Part shown: positions 50,600 through 63,286 of the stretch, piece after piece
How the letters are laid out: every line of letters starts with the position of its first letter
Position numbering within the stretch: position 1 is the stretch's first letter
NCBI GenBank assembly: GCA_951406725.2
Contig: OX597815.1
Location: 187,426,001 to 187,490,000 of the forward strand
Length of the DNA stretch: 64,000 bases
Origin: Octopus vulgaris
Taxonomy: Eukaryota
Direction: 5' to 3'
Translations under genes and position numbers: made by a program
The notes under the pieces: generated by a model
What the model was told of the DNA's origin: nothing
The model's input: the letters and a program-made list of their open reading frames with translations, nothing else
Database searches by the model: none

Positions 50600-51197
50600 T
50601 CTTTATTGCCCACAGAGGGCTAAACATAGAGGGGACAAACAAGGACAGACAAAGGGCTTAAGTCGGTTACATCGACCTCAGTGCATAACTGGTACTTAAT
50701 TTATCGACCCTGAAAGGATGAAAGGCAAAGTCGACCTCGGCGGAATTTGAACTCGGAATGTAACGGCAGCCAAAATACTTATTTTTTTTTACTACCCACA
50801 AGGGGCTAAACATAGAGAAGACAAACAAGGACAGACAAACGGATTAAGTCGGTTATATCGACGCCAGTGCGTAACTGGTACTTATTTAATCAACCCCGAA
50901 AGGATGAAAGGCAAAGTCGACCTTGGCGGAATTTGAACTCGGAATGTAATGGCAGCCGAAATACTTATTTTTTTTTACTACCCACAAGGGGCTAAACACA
51001 GAGAAGACAAACAAGGACAGACAAACGGATTAAGTCGGTTATATCGACGCCAGTGCGTAACTGGTACTTATTTAATCGATCCCGAAAGGATGAAAGGCAA
51101 AGTCAACCTTGGCGGAATTTGAACTCAGAAGGTAACGGCAAACGAAATACGGCTACGCATTTTGCCCAGCGTGCTAATGTTTCTGCCAGCTTGCTGC
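50600..51197 (-). mobile_element. Head-to-tail trimer of SINE B1 (one full copy, two identically 5'-truncated)
   Basis: Unit junctions at 50778/50779 and 50964/50965, 186 bp apart. Confidence 0.93.
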
Positions 51198-51654
51198 TGT
51201 TAAATATTATGTTAAATATTACAATGACTCCTGGTCTTCTAAACTTATCTGCATTCTTAAGGTGTGTGACCATCCAGATATTGATTTAAATACTTAATAT
51301 TTTCTACCTGAGATTTTCACTTATCTGGAACTGTTCCCCTACTTACATTTTTCTTTGAACTATTTTTTGAGGTTAACACTCCTTGAAGAGTCTGCATGGA
51401 TCTCCTGTATGTCTTGTCATTTTGGTGGAATAAGAAAATAAAAACTGATTTTGACAAAACTGTGATTAAACCAGAAAGCCATTGATTAAAATTCAATTCT
51501 AGATTTTTTTTTAAATGTAAGTTGAAAGATTTTATCATTAACACATATAGCCATTATTTTATAATTTGTTTTGATAGTGATGCTCAAAAATATTTTTAAA
51601 AAAGAAAAAGATATAGTGGTAAATCTAATAGATAGGTATATATATATATATGGT

Positions 51655-52130
51655 GGTGACATATTTCACATTATGGAATCTTCTGAAGAACTGTAGAAAG
51701 TTTCAGACTTGGAGGAATGGTTGAATAGCTTAAAGGTTAGGCTGGCAAAGGCCAATTGTCTTGTTAGTAATAGAGAGCACAAAATCCCAACGTCACTTTA
51801 AATAACTGTGTTCTATGTATTGGGAAGATGTAAGATGGATTTACTTTGAAGCCAACAGTCGCAAAAGTTGCAGTGGAATCTATGGAAGATTGATGGGAAG
51901 CAAGTCATCAGATAGGATAAATGTACAGAAGTATGATATAACAATAGAAATATTTGTGAGGTGCATAAACTTTGTATGTGCATCCAATGTTTCCCAGGAA
52001 AGGTCATAGGCCCACCACCAGCTCTGTTTGTCTGGTTTAAGGATCCAGTTGGATTAGTTGGTGACAGTTGTTTCTGACTGGACCTTGTGGAAGGAACACT
52101 TGGGAACTCTCTCCGACTCACCTGATTCTC
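51655..52130 (+). mobile_element. Decayed RTE-clade LINE reverse transcriptase fragment
   Basis: Fragments translate as ESSEEL and RKSCSGIYGRL, plus a V.KLC-like segment, in the order expected after the RT (Y)ADD motif of RTE elements with a Cys-rich insert. Confidence 0.6.
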
Positions 52131-53648
52131 CCAGGAATAAGTGGGTGAAGAAGATGAGATGAGACCCTTTGAAGTGATGATCTAAACTGCTCAGAAGGCT
52201 AATTAGATGTAGGACATAATTTTGGTTGCCTAGACGAGATAATTGGTGCTGGGTATAGGGTTGTAGCAAAAACATAATTGGGATGAAATAAGTTCATGGA
52301 GATGTTAGATCTAAAGGTAACAACATATTTATCTCTGTGTAAAAAGAAAACTGCACAAAGTGCTCGTAAAACTGTGTTGCTGTATGGTAGAAAGATGCCG
52401 ACAGGGAAGATGCTATGCACTACCAAATGTATAGCCTCTTTATCATTGGCATCTTTTGATGTAGAGAATTTGATTTCAGTAAATTTATCTGTGTGGGGAC
52501 AGGGTAGGTTATGTGGTTAAGAAGTTCACTTTGCAATCACACTGTTTGGGGTTCAATTCCACTGTGCAACACCTTGGGGCAAGTATCTTCTACTGGCCAT
52601 TGCTTGTGAGTGACCTACTTAGATAGAAAATATGCTTGTGTGTGTGTTTGATCACAACTTTATATATGTATATATCCCTGTAACTTAGCAGTTTGACAAA
52701 AAAGAAGCTGATAGAATTTACACCAGGCTTTAAAATATTGTATTCAATTGGATTGACTAAAATCCTTGAAGGTAGTATCCAAGCTTGATCACAGTCCAGT
52801 GATGGAAATGAGTAAAATGAATGAACAAACCTATTTGTTATCTGAAAGAAGGTGGGCATAGAACAAGAGAACTGAAATGCAGTCCGATCTATGAGTCTTC
52901 CTTGCTGGTCTGCTTCATCCTTTTCTGTTTTCTTCTGTCAGCCTTACTGCTCTATATGTTGCCTTCTATGTTGTGATATGTCCTTTACAGCAAATGTTCA
53001 CCTAGATCAATATCCCACAAGGAAGCATCAATATTAAAGTTTTGCTATCACAGAGCCTTCTTGCTATTCTCCATACATAAATGTCTTTGGCATTCATTGA
53101 TCTGGCATTCTTTAAATTTGTCCGATCTCCTACAACTGATGATGGAGAGCTTTGAGATTCTTGAGTCTGGTCCAGTCAAGAAATAGATCATCATCATTAT
53201 AGACAATAATAAATCATCTTTTGATTTTCAAGAATTTTACAATACATTAAGGAAAATTTGTTTTACTTGTAAAATCAGTTGGGTTATTATTTGGATGAAC
53301 TTTGATGCTCTTGAGAATTGGCGCTATAAAGAAGTAACTTCTGTATAATATTTTATTATAAGGAATATGTTGTAGCTCTTTATCTTCTAAATTAATTTTA
53401 TCAAGCTGGTCTGATTTCCTGAATGGCACCTTGTGCAAGTGTATTTTAAAATAGCCTTGACTAGGCCAGTATTTTGCAAGTGGAATTTGGTACACCAGAA
53501 ACTGTATAGAAGCCCTTGGTGTATCTTCTCATATTTGTGTTTTATCCCTTTTGTTTTTGTGTTTCTGTTGAAATGAATTCATTTTGTTTCAATCAATTCT
53601 GAAAATAATGAATCTGGTATAATAATTTTGTCATTATTAATCTGGTAT

Positions 53649-53863
53649 AAGGCGGTGAGCTGGCAGAATTGTTAGCCAGCTGGGCAAAATGCTTAGTGGT
53701 ATTTTGTCTGTCTTCATGTTCTGAGTTCAAATTCTGCCGAAGTCGACTTTGCTTTACATCCTTTCAGGGTTGATAAATTAAGTACCAGTGTAACACTGGG
53801 GGTCAATGTAATTGACTAGTCCCCTCCCCACAAATTTCAGGCCTTGTGCCTTTAGTAGAAAGG
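53649..53863 (+). mobile_element. SINE family B2, nested in an old D-related MITE (~53545-54000)
   Basis: Complete head and core. Imperfect TSD attattaatctg at 53633 and 53864. Confidence 0.88.
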
Positions 53864-54084
53864 ATTATTAATCTGATGTCTGAAACTTAGATTAACAGGA
53901 AATATTGATGGAAGTTGTTTAAATTTAAATGTCTTTCAAACAAGAAAATTGTGTTTTAAAACCAGGGGCAGTCTCAGAGAAGTTGGTATCAAAATACTTA
54001 TACAACATTACTTGTTAAAAAGCCTGGTGTGCAAAAAGAGGATTTAAAAAAAAAAAGCCACTCACTTTAAAATATAAACTGATA

Positions 54085-54325
54085 AAATGGTTAGTCTCCA
54101 TTACTCAGTATGGAACATAGGACTGGTTTCTCTGGCATATACATTCCTTCCTCGATCCATCACAGAATTACTCATTTTTACCAGCTGAGTGGACTGGAGA
54201 AACCTGAAATGAAGTGTTGTGCTTAAGAAGACAATGCAGTGCCCCATCCAGGAATCAGAACCCAAACCAGCATCTTATGATCATGAATCCAAAACCCTAA
54301 CCACGAAGCCATGTGTCTCCACATA
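54085..54325 (-). mobile_element. tRNA-headed SINE related to family F
   Basis: Minus strand tggcttcgtggttaggg...tgattcctgg...ctccagtccactcagctggtaaaaatgagta. The latter part is shared with 20610-20650. Confidence 0.7.
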
Positions 54326-54511
54326 ACTGATAAAATACTAGACTGAAATAGTTATATGGTTGAATCAGTCGACTGAAGGTGGAACTCTTGCATGGCTGCA
54401 GTCCAGTGACTAGAATTGGTAAAAGGGAAAGAGTATAGGTAGACTAAAACATCAGAATTGCTTGGATTGATAGGTGAATAAGTTGAAGGAGAAACTGTAG
54501 GAACTTTCCCT

Positions 54512-54619
54512 GATCAGATTGGAGCCTGGTGCAGCCATCTGGTTTGCCAGTCTTCTATCGAACCGTCAAACCCATACCAACATGGAAAGCAGACATTAAA
54601 CGATGATGATGATGATGAT
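54512..54619 (+). mobile_element. Element family C, 3' fragment
   Basis: gatcagattggagcctggtgcagcc...gacattaaac(gat)n. Confidence 0.88.
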
Positions 54620-54749
54620 AAATGGATATATTGAAGTGTTGTTTGTCTCATAAGTATTATCTGATCATATGACTTACTGGTTTGAAAAAATGAAATTTGT
54701 TTGAAATTGATAACGCTTAGAGCCAAATCTTGAACTGTTTTAATTATTC

Positions 54750-55222
54750 ATTTCCAATTTTGGTACAAGGCCAGCAATATTGGGGTGGTGGGTAAGTCAA
54801 TAACATCAACCCCAGTGTTCAACTGATACTAATTTTATCAACCCCTTAAGGATTAAAGATAAAGTGAACTTCAGTAGAATTTGAACCCAGGACAAACAGG
54901 AAGATGGACGAAATGCTGAGAAGGATTTAGGCCGTGAGATGGCAGAATCGTTAGCACACCGGGTGAAATGCTTAGCGGTATTTCGTCTGTCTCTATGTTC
55001 TGACTTCAAATTCCGCTGAGGTCGACTTTGCCGTTCATCCTTTCGGGGTCGATTAAATAAGTACCAGTTATGCACTGGGGTCAGTATAATCGACTTAAAT
55101 CTGTTTGTCTGTCCTTGTTTGTCTTCTCTGTGTTTAGCCCCTTGTGGGTAGTAAAGAAATAGAAATGCTGAGTGAGAAGGATTTTGCCTGGTGTGCTAAC
55201 GATTCTGTCAGTTCACCACCTC
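54750..55222 (-). mobile_element. SINE B2 host interrupted by an antisense B1
   Basis: The B2 3' part spans 54750-54928 and its head spans 55162-55222. Confidence 0.8.
54929..55161 (+). mobile_element. SINE family B1 with TSD
   Basis: TSD gaaatgctgagaaggattt at 54910-54928, repeated at 55162-55184 with a 4-nt duplication. Confidence 0.92.
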
Positions 55223-56353
55223 AAATGCTTTAGTTATTAGAAGAGAAATGCTCTTAAGAAAAACATCACAATGTAATAATTTGTTATTTCATACATGAGC
55301 CTAATGTAAAGAGAGTAAAGTAATGGCTAATTAATGACTATCAGCATACATTTGGAAATATATATTATGATATATATTATGTAATCTTATTGATATATAA
55401 AATATATCAGCTTTTATTGTGTGGGTAAGCATGTTTGGAAGAATAATATTGAAAGTGTATATATTTCCCTTGGCAAAGTGCCTTTTTAAGTGAGTACAAT
55501 TTATATAAATTTTTCAAGTGTTTTCAGATCAAGTCATCTGTATTACATATTTCTGTCACACTGCTCCCCGAGTGTGTTATCTGGAATAGAAAATCTCGCT
55601 ACTCCCAAACCTACCAAGTGCTTCTTTTTAAATATCTCATAGCTTTAGTGACAGATAACTTAGCCTAATGGATTTCTCTTTGAGAATCAAATATTTGATG
55701 AGGCTATTGTTCACAAATTCATTCTGATAATGTAGTGTGTGGAAAGATTATAAACCCATATCTGAAGGTTTTGTACAGCTAGTCCGTTATTGTGATAGCT
55801 GTATTTACTAGCGGCTTAAAGTATGGCTTTATAACCTAAGTGGCAATACATATCCATAAATCAAATTCTACACAGTTCTCCCAGAAGCATGTCTCTAGCA
55901 CTTACAATTTTGACTGGTAAAACACACATGCATACACTGTCAAGCTTAATATATGGACTTTATCGTATGTCATCATTAATCTCTACATTCAAAAACAAAT
56001 TTTATAAAAACACACTATTTTCCTAGATCTCATCATAAGACAATTTTATTCCCAGAACTATAAACATCAGTGTTCATTTAGAAAGAAAATTTATGTTGAA
56101 AAATGTCTTCAGTTGATAAAATGCTTCGTCAAATATATTGATATGTGTAATATTAGTGATAGCATAAAATGTGACGAAATGGAGTTAATTAAGTTTAGAG
56201 TTCTTGTTAAGTTGCAGATCATAGGCAGACAGTTTATAATCACCAACATACTCCGGCTTCTAGCCCACATATATTGTGTTGCTAATTTTGGATATGTAGC
56301 TGTGAGGAAACTGAAAGTAGGTTGATTAATTTATTGTTGTTGTCTAGCCCTGG

Positions 56354-56605
56354 TATTTGCCTCACAATCATAGGGTCGCCAGTTCAATCCCTGGCAGTGC
56401 ATTGTGTCAAGTGGCAAAAGTGAGTAGTACTTGTTTTTCAAAGGGCCAGCCTTGTCACATTCTGTGTCATACTGAATCTCTCTAAGAATTACACTAAGGG
56501 TTCACATGTCTGTGGAGTACTCGGCCACTTGAGCATTAATTTCATGAGCAGGCTGTTCCATTGATTGAATCAACTGTAACACTCGTTGTAACTAACAGAG
56601 AGCCA
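56354..56605 (+). mobile_element. SINE family F with TSD
   Basis: cagttcaatccc B-box-like motif. 15-bp TSD gttgt(c/t)tagccctgg at 56339 and 56606. It is inserted in another old repeat. Confidence 0.85.
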
Positions 56606-56924
56606 GTTGTTTAGCCCTGGGTCAGATTGGACTGACCAGATCTATAATCAAAGCCTTTCCATTTATTACCACCCTGTCTTATTTACAGGAATAGTGTACC
56701 CATGACTACATCAGCCAATGTGTTCTTTTTTTAAAACAGTAGGGTGGGATTTGAAGGATATTTGGCTGCTATTTCTAGTAGGTCCAGCAATTTCAGAACT
56801 TCCTTCATTGACCCATGGCATAAGTTGTAGTTGAATATTTCTGTTTTATGATTAGTGTTAGGAAGGACATCTACTCATAGAAATCTTATCAAAAGGAACA
56901 TCAGCAAGATATGATATTCTAACT

Positions 56925-57209
56925 CAGTGGTTCCCAAACTTTTTCGAGCTGCTGCCCCCTTGGCACCCGGGCCTCATTCCTACTGCCCCTTTCCCCTCCC
57001 CACCACAAATATAGACCACTTTCTGCAGTAAATTCAAAACAACTGTATTTCACAAATAAAACTTAAACCTAATTAATCTATTAATATTTTTTTTTTAATA
57101 TCTATCACCCCATTTTCGCTGCCCCATTATCATCCCACTTTTCTTCAATGGCCCCTGGATCTTTCCACCGGCCCCAGGAGGCCAATACCACCCACTTTGG
57201 GAACCACCA
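56925..57209. mobile_element. hAT (Charlie/Buster-type) MITE
   Basis: TIR cagtggttcccaaa / tttgggaaccacca. 8-bp TSD ttctaact / ttctaacc with a central TA. Confidence 0.9.
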
Positions 57210-57261
57210 TTCTAACCTGTCAAAGACAGCAGCTTTTTTTCTTTTAGCATATATCATCATT

Positions 57262-57478
57262 AAGGTAACCAGCTGGCGGAATTGGTCGTATACCAGGTGA
57301 AATGCTTAGAGGTATTTCATCCATCTTTATATTCTGAGTTCAAATTCTGTTGAGGTTATCTTTGCCCTTCATCTTTACGGGGATGATAAAACAAGTACCA
57401 CTTGAGCACTGAGGGCAGTGTAATCAACTTACCTCTTCCCCTGAAATTGCTGGCCTTGTGCCAAAATTTGAAACCAAT
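57262..57478 (+). mobile_element. SINE family B2
   Basis: Head, core and ggccttgtgccaaaatttgaaacc end. Confidence 0.85.
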
Positions 57479-57497
57479 TTATATTATCATTATCAAT

Positions 57498-57870
57498 ATA
57501 GGTGCAGGCATGGCTGTGTGGTAAGAACCTTATGGTTCTGGGTTCAGTCCCACTGTGTGGCACCTTGGGCAAGTATCTTCTACAATAGCCTTGGGCCAAC
57601 AAATGCCTTGTGAGTGGATTTGGTAGATGGAAACTGAAAGAAGCCCATCGTACATATGTATGTGTGTGTCTGTGTTTGTCCCCCCATCACCACTTGACAA
57701 CTGGTGTTAGTTTGTTTACATCCCCGTAACTTAGCAGTTCAGCAAAAGAGACCAATAGAATAAGTACTAGGCTTACAAAGAATAAGTCCTGGGCTTGATT
57801 TGTTCAACTAAAGGCGGTGCTCCAGCATGGCTGCAGTCAAATGACTGAAACAAGTAAAAGAATAAAAGTA
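57498..57870 (+). mobile_element. SINE family A, full length
   Basis: From ataggtgcaggcatggctgtgtggtaag to gactgaaacaagtaaaagaataaaag. Confidence 0.92.
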
Positions 57871-58399
57871 ACTACTTTTCTGTACCTGCTTGGGTGAGAT
57901 GGAACTCTTTCCAAGCAAGATAATATTTCTCCATGACTGAGCATGTTTTCATGGCAAGCTAAAAATGAATGATGCTGCTTGTATGATGGTGACTATCATT
58001 TTACAGTTATCATGCAATGGGCTTCCTTCAGTTTCCGTTTTTCAAATTCACTCACAAGGTATTGATATAGTTGAAGACACTTGCTTAAGGTGTCACACAA
58101 TAAGAATTGAACCCAAAACCAGATGGTTGGAAAATTCATTTCTTAACTACACAATACATGCAGCATGCATGCATGCATACATACATACATGCATACACAC
58201 ACACACACACACATACATACACACACGGGCATGTCTAGCTATGAGAATACATACATATATATATATACACAATCAAACTAAAATACTCAGTTGTTGATTA
58301 TGAAATTGCAGTGAAAGAAGCTTGAATCTAGGTTAGAAACTGGTTCTTTCTCTATTGGCAAGAAATCTTGAAATAAACTGAATAATGGATATACACATA

Positions 58400-58690
58400 C
58401 ATACATATCCAGACTATGAATTCATATTCATACCAATAATAATTGGAACACTAGGTTTTGTTAATAAATGCTTAAAGGAGAATTTGGATAAACTGGGATT
58501 TTCAGAAAGAGAAATCAACTGGCTGATTCGTACATTACAAATGCAATCTGTGAGCGGAACAGTAAAAATGTGCATGACTTTTCTCGATTAAAAATGTGAA
58601 TTTGTCTGTGTTAACTACATCCCAAAGATGGAGCATTGTATCTTTGTTGGAAACTGGCTCCCTCCTCAGTGGAAGATTTATAATAATTAA
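58400..58690 (+). mobile_element. 3' end of an R4/Dong-like (RLE endonuclease) non-LTR retrotransposon
   Basis: ORF 58385-58591 reads FIPIIIGTLGFVNKCLKENLDKLG...LQMQSVSGTVKM, matching the PIVIGALG...LQK..L.GT..I C-terminus of R4-clade proteins. Confidence 0.75.
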
Positions 58691-58844
58691 AGAATAGAAG
58701 ACACACACACACACATACGTGTTGCTAGAATATGAACCAGTTGTTGAAAGTTCAAAAAAACCATTAACTTTTTTGGGAAAAGAAGGTTTCTCTCTCTCTC
58801 TCTCAGAGTGAAAGACTAACTGTATGATATTTATTCACAAACAG

Positions 58845-59225
58845 CAGCTCCACATGGCAGTGAAATATGAGCTCTGAATGCAAAGACTACACAGAAATGA
58901 AGCTAACATGCTCCACTGGATGTGCAATGTCAGTGTGCACATACAACAAAGTGTAAATGCCTTGAGAAAAAAATTGGGCACAAAAAACATCAGGTATTGT
59001 GTGCAAGAGGGAAAACTGCACTTGTAAAGTTATCTGATGCATATGGACGAGAACAGCTGCATAACTAAATGTGGATGGAACTCATGGAAGAAGGAGACCT
59101 AGGAAGATGTAGTGGGGGAAAAGTAGGAAAGACTGAACTCAGGTTGTTGGACCTTGCAGAGAGGTGACATAGGACCGGGAAGATTTCTGAGTCATCATGC
59201 TTGAGAAGTCCTGCCCATCTCAATA
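58845..59225 (+). mobile_element. Decayed RTE-clade LINE, C-terminal coding region
   Basis: Translates HGSE...RNEANMLHWMCNVSVHIQQSVNALRKKLGTKNIRYCVQEGKLHL*SYLMHMDENSCITKC and then RRPRK, equivalent to the YGSETW...MLRWM...RWYGHVMR...GRPRK block of RTE ORFs. Confidence 0.85.
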
Positions 59226-59284
59226 AAACTGAGTTTTTTAAAAGTGTATTGTTAATGTCTTTTCCCATAACTCATTTTCACAAC

Positions 59285-59780
59285 TCTTTACTCTTTTACT
59301 TGTTTCAGTCATTTGACTGTGGCCATGCTGGAGCACCACCTTTAGTTGAGCAAATCGACCCCAGGACTTATTCTTTGTAAGCCTAGTACTTATTCTATTG
59401 GTCTCTCTTGCCGAACCGCTAAGTTACCGGGACATAAACACACCAGCATCGGTTGTCAAGCGATGTTAGGGGGACAAATACAGACACACAAATATATACA
59501 CACACATAAATATATATATACATATACATATATATATATATATGTATATACATATATATACACATAAATATATATATACATATACATATATATATATATG
59601 TATATACATATATATGACGGGCTTCTTTCTGTTTCCATCTATCAAATCCACTCTCAAGGCTTTGGTTGGCCTGAGGCTATAGTAGAAGACACTTGCCCAA
59701 GGTGCCATGCAGTGGGACTGAACCCAGAACCATGTGGTTAGTAAGCAAGCTACTTACCACACAGCCACTCCTATGCCTAT
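59285..59780 (-). mobile_element. SINE family A, full length
   Basis: Complete element. actcatttt occurs on both flanks (near 59270 and 59781) as a possible TSD. Confidence 0.94.
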
Positions 59781-60029
59781 ACTCATTTTTCCTTCAGTCC
59801 TACGACAACTGAACAGGTATTGAGTGATGGAGGCATCAGACCAACCAGATTTGAGAAAGACCATTATGGTAGCAACAGAAGACAAAAGAAAGATGTGACA
59901 GCTTGCTTCTGGATTAGAGGCTGGAATATGTCAATTAGTGATTGAATTCTAATTAGTCAACTGGCCCTTCTTTCTACACAGTCCCGGTTGTCTGTGTGCT
60001 TAGTATAGCAGTACTGTCTCAGATGTAGG

Positions 60030-60160
60030 AGTAGAACCCCCATTGGTAGCCAGCTTCACTTGAGCCTTGTAAAGTGTCAGCTATAGTTGTGGGGTTGTGA
60101 TGAGCTATCCAACTCATAATAGCATTGGCAAGTAGACATAACATTATGAGGATGACGATC
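60030..60160 (-). mobile_element. Small CR1/Jockey-group LINE remnant
   Basis: 60080-60057 translates LTLYKAQV, resembling the LYKAQVRP.MEY motif. Confidence 0.4.
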
Positions 60161-60242
60161 ATAGGAAAGAAAATCCCTGATGAAATTGTTGAAATCTTTT
60201 TGATACCATTTCACCTGAAACCACCTCTGGCTCTGTAGTACA

Positions 60243-60370
60243 AGGTTGACTTTGCCCTTCATCCTTTTGGGATCGATAAAATAAAGTACCAGTTGAATAC
60301 TGGGGTCAATGTAATCGACTACCTCCTTCCTTAAGTTTCAGGACTTTCGCCTATAGTAAAAAAGGATTGT
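60243..60370 (+). mobile_element. SINE B2 3' half, adjoining a MITE D fragment (60195-60242)
   Basis: ggttgactttgcccttcatcctttt core, preceded by cctgaaaccacctctggctctgtagtacaa. Confidence 0.75.
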
Positions 60371-61114
60371 TGTGTTTGTTTTGATATTAAGATTGAAAAA
60401 ATTCAACTTTGTTTGTAAAAAATTTTGGACCTGGGTTTGCAACTTTAAGAAAATTTTGTTCTCACATTTATGCATTTGATTTAATGAGTGAAATGCTATT
60501 TAAAAGGATATTGAAACACCAAATGGAATTTCGTTTTGGTTCTTAATATTGGGAATTACTTTTTCTCTCCTTGTTTTCAAATATTATTCTGTGAAGAAAT
60601 ACAAACTTGTTTATGAATTTGTTTTGCAAGATTCCTGATGTTATTTGGCAAAAAAAAGCCAACAAAAAAAAACCCCAACCATCTCAAAATGTAACAAATA
60701 CAAACTCATTATTGATATCTCTTGGCTACATGGATCATTATTCAATAGCTAGAAAATAGAGAGAATAGTTTAAAAATATGCAAAGTCACTAGTTGTTGAA
60801 AATAATTGTGCAGAATCTCTGCAGCTACATAACCAGATTTAATATGTATGAAAGTAGACAGGTTGTAAAATAATTTAATACAATTTTGACCCAATACTGG
60901 AAGCAATATACATAAAAATCAAATGAAATAAAACTGAGAATCATTGTGTAGAAAATCTGAAGTTTTTAAGCTAAGTGATGCTTCAGTTTGTAAAGAAGAT
61001 AGATTTTTCTTTATAATTTACTACCTACCCAAACAAATGAAGTAACAGAACAGTAGAAAACTATATTAACTATTTAGTATTCAAATGTAATACTGTCAGA
61101 TGTAATACTTATGC

Positions 61115-61443
61115 TATTACCTCTGCCTTAGAAAAGGCGGGGGGTATTGTTTTCAGTTGTGTTTGTTTGTCTGTGGACAAGATAACTCGAGAACTGCAGG
61201 ATGGATTCAGATGAAACTTTCAGGGATGTTTGGCCTCATGACTGGCACAAACTGATTAGATTTTGGGATCGATCCGGTACCGGACAAGGATTCTGGATTA
61301 ATTTTCCTGTTTTTTTAACTTAATTTTTGAGAGCAGTTGAGTTTATTTCAGATATTCTCATTTTAAAAATCATCTCCAGCTAATTGTTGAGAAGACGTTG
61401 GTGTTGCCTTGGTGGAGGTTTGCAGTCTCTGAGTGCTCTTGTT
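61115..61443 (+). mobile_element. Helentron-associated (HINE/DINE-1-like) element inserted in MITE E (61066-61585)
   Basis: 5' tattacctctgcc with an adjacent inverted ggcggggggta, a (gttt/gtct) tract, a 3' subterminal repeat ccttggtggaggt and a terminal hairpin gcagtc-tct-gagtgc. MITE E sequence continues on both sides. Confidence 0.75.
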
Positions 61444-62227
61444 CATATTGCTTTGGATTAATCATGCATTAACTTTAGTTAGAATATTTCAATGATGTGA
61501 TTGTTTATTTTTAGAATGACATTGCAAAATAGGTGTGAGAGGCCAGATCAAGCTGGTTTGAACATAAAACAGGTAGAATATTTGTGAACGACTAACTGAA
61601 TATTAGTAGTGGCCGTGGGTGCTTATTATGTTAGTTTATGTTCTAGGTTCAAATCTCACAAGTAATTCATTAGAAGCCAATAAAAAAAATGTACCAGTAA
61701 TATATTTAGGTTTGAGCCTCTGTATTTCTTTTTCACAAATTTAAGTCAATGTTTGAAGTCCCTATTTACAGTATGATTTAGCCACCAAGTCACCTGCAAT
61801 AAATAAACATAGAAAACAAATTTACTTATCTGGAAAGGAAGGATTAAGATATTGAAATTTAGTGTGTGTTCTATTAATTTTTTTTTTTGCTGTAATTAGA
61901 ATTATTTATGAGTTACGTCCATCACTCTGATGATTGCAGAAATAGCTTTGCAGTGCTATTCAATCACATTTTTGCAAGTTGTTGGTAAAGTTTGAAATAT
62001 AGAAAAGCACAATCTGCTTTCAAACATGGTGAGAACTTTATCTTCTTTTGATTTGTCAACACCTTAGTTTCATGACTAAGAATACCTTTCTCAGGGCATG
62101 TGCAGAACAAGAATTGAGTGTCATACAAATACACAGTAGTGGTTGACTGAGAACTGAGTCAGGGTAGTGTAATCACTCCATTCACTTTTCTGCATTAACT
62201 CTTATAAAATACACACAATTATATATA

Positions 62228-62260
<33 letters not shown>

Positions 62261-62302
62261 CATCCATGCACATAGCTGTTCTTTCTCTCCCTCTCCTCCT
62301 CT

Positions 62303-62505
62303 GTCCACTTTTCCATGCCAGCATGGGCTGGATGGTTTGACTGGAATTGGCCAGCTGGAGAGCTGCATCGGGCTCCGGTTGTCTATTTTGGCATGGTTTC
62401 TGTGACTGGATGCCCCTCTCAACATCAACCACTTTACAGAGTACACTGGGTACTTTTTACATGGCACCAGCACAGCTGCTTTTTTACGTGGAACCAACGC
62501 CAGCT
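62303..62505 (-). mobile_element. Element family C, diverged
   Basis: gtccacttttccatgccagcatggg...ctggatgccc...tttttacatggcaccagc. Confidence 0.8.
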
Positions 62506-62612
62506 CTCTCCATTAACCTTAATTTTGTCTCAGTCTCTTCATATTTTATATGTAACAAAACATATCAAATCATTCGTAAACATGCAGATTTAGTGATATT
62601 CAGACACTGATT

Positions 62613-63197
62613 CACCATCATCGTTTAACGTCCATCATCATTGTTTAACGTCCATCATCATCGTTTAACAGTCATCATCATCGTTTAACGTTCATCATCA
62701 TCGTTTAACGTCCATCATCATTGTTTAATGTTCATCATCATCGTTTAACGTCCATCATCATTGTTTAATGTCCATCATCATCGTTTAACATCTATCATCA
62801 TCGTTTAACGTCCATCATCATCGTTTAACGTCCATCATCATTGTTTAATGTCCATCATCATCGTTTAACGTCTATCATCATCGTTTAACGTCTATCATCA
62901 TCGTTTAACGTCCATCATCATCGTTTAACATTCATCATCATTGTTTAACGTTCATCATCATTGTTTAACGTTCATCATCATCGTTTAACGTTCATCATCA
63001 TCGTTTAACGTCCATCATCATCGTTTAACATCCATCATCATCGTTTAACATCCATCATCATCGTTTAACGTCCATCATCATCGTTTAACATCCATCATCA
63101 TCGTTTAACATCCATCATCATCGTTTAACATCCATCATCATCGTTTAACGTCCATCATCATCGTTTAACGTCCATCATCATCGTTTAACGTCCATCA
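62613..63197. repeat. Tandem array, ~29 copies of a 20-bp unit
   Basis: Unit catcatcatcgtttaacgtc, the reverse complement of the family C terminus gacgttaaacgatgatgatg. Confidence 0.97.
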
Positions 63198-63286
63198 ATA
63201 TTTTAAAATATCAAGTGTTCTCTGCGTCATCATTTTCTGCTATAAACAACCTATCTTAGATATAAACATCATCATTATTGTCGTTA

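Noticed and set aside
62613-63197. CRISPR array or telomeric repeat
   Set aside because: There are no spacers, the unit is not TTAGGG-like, and it equals the element C terminus.
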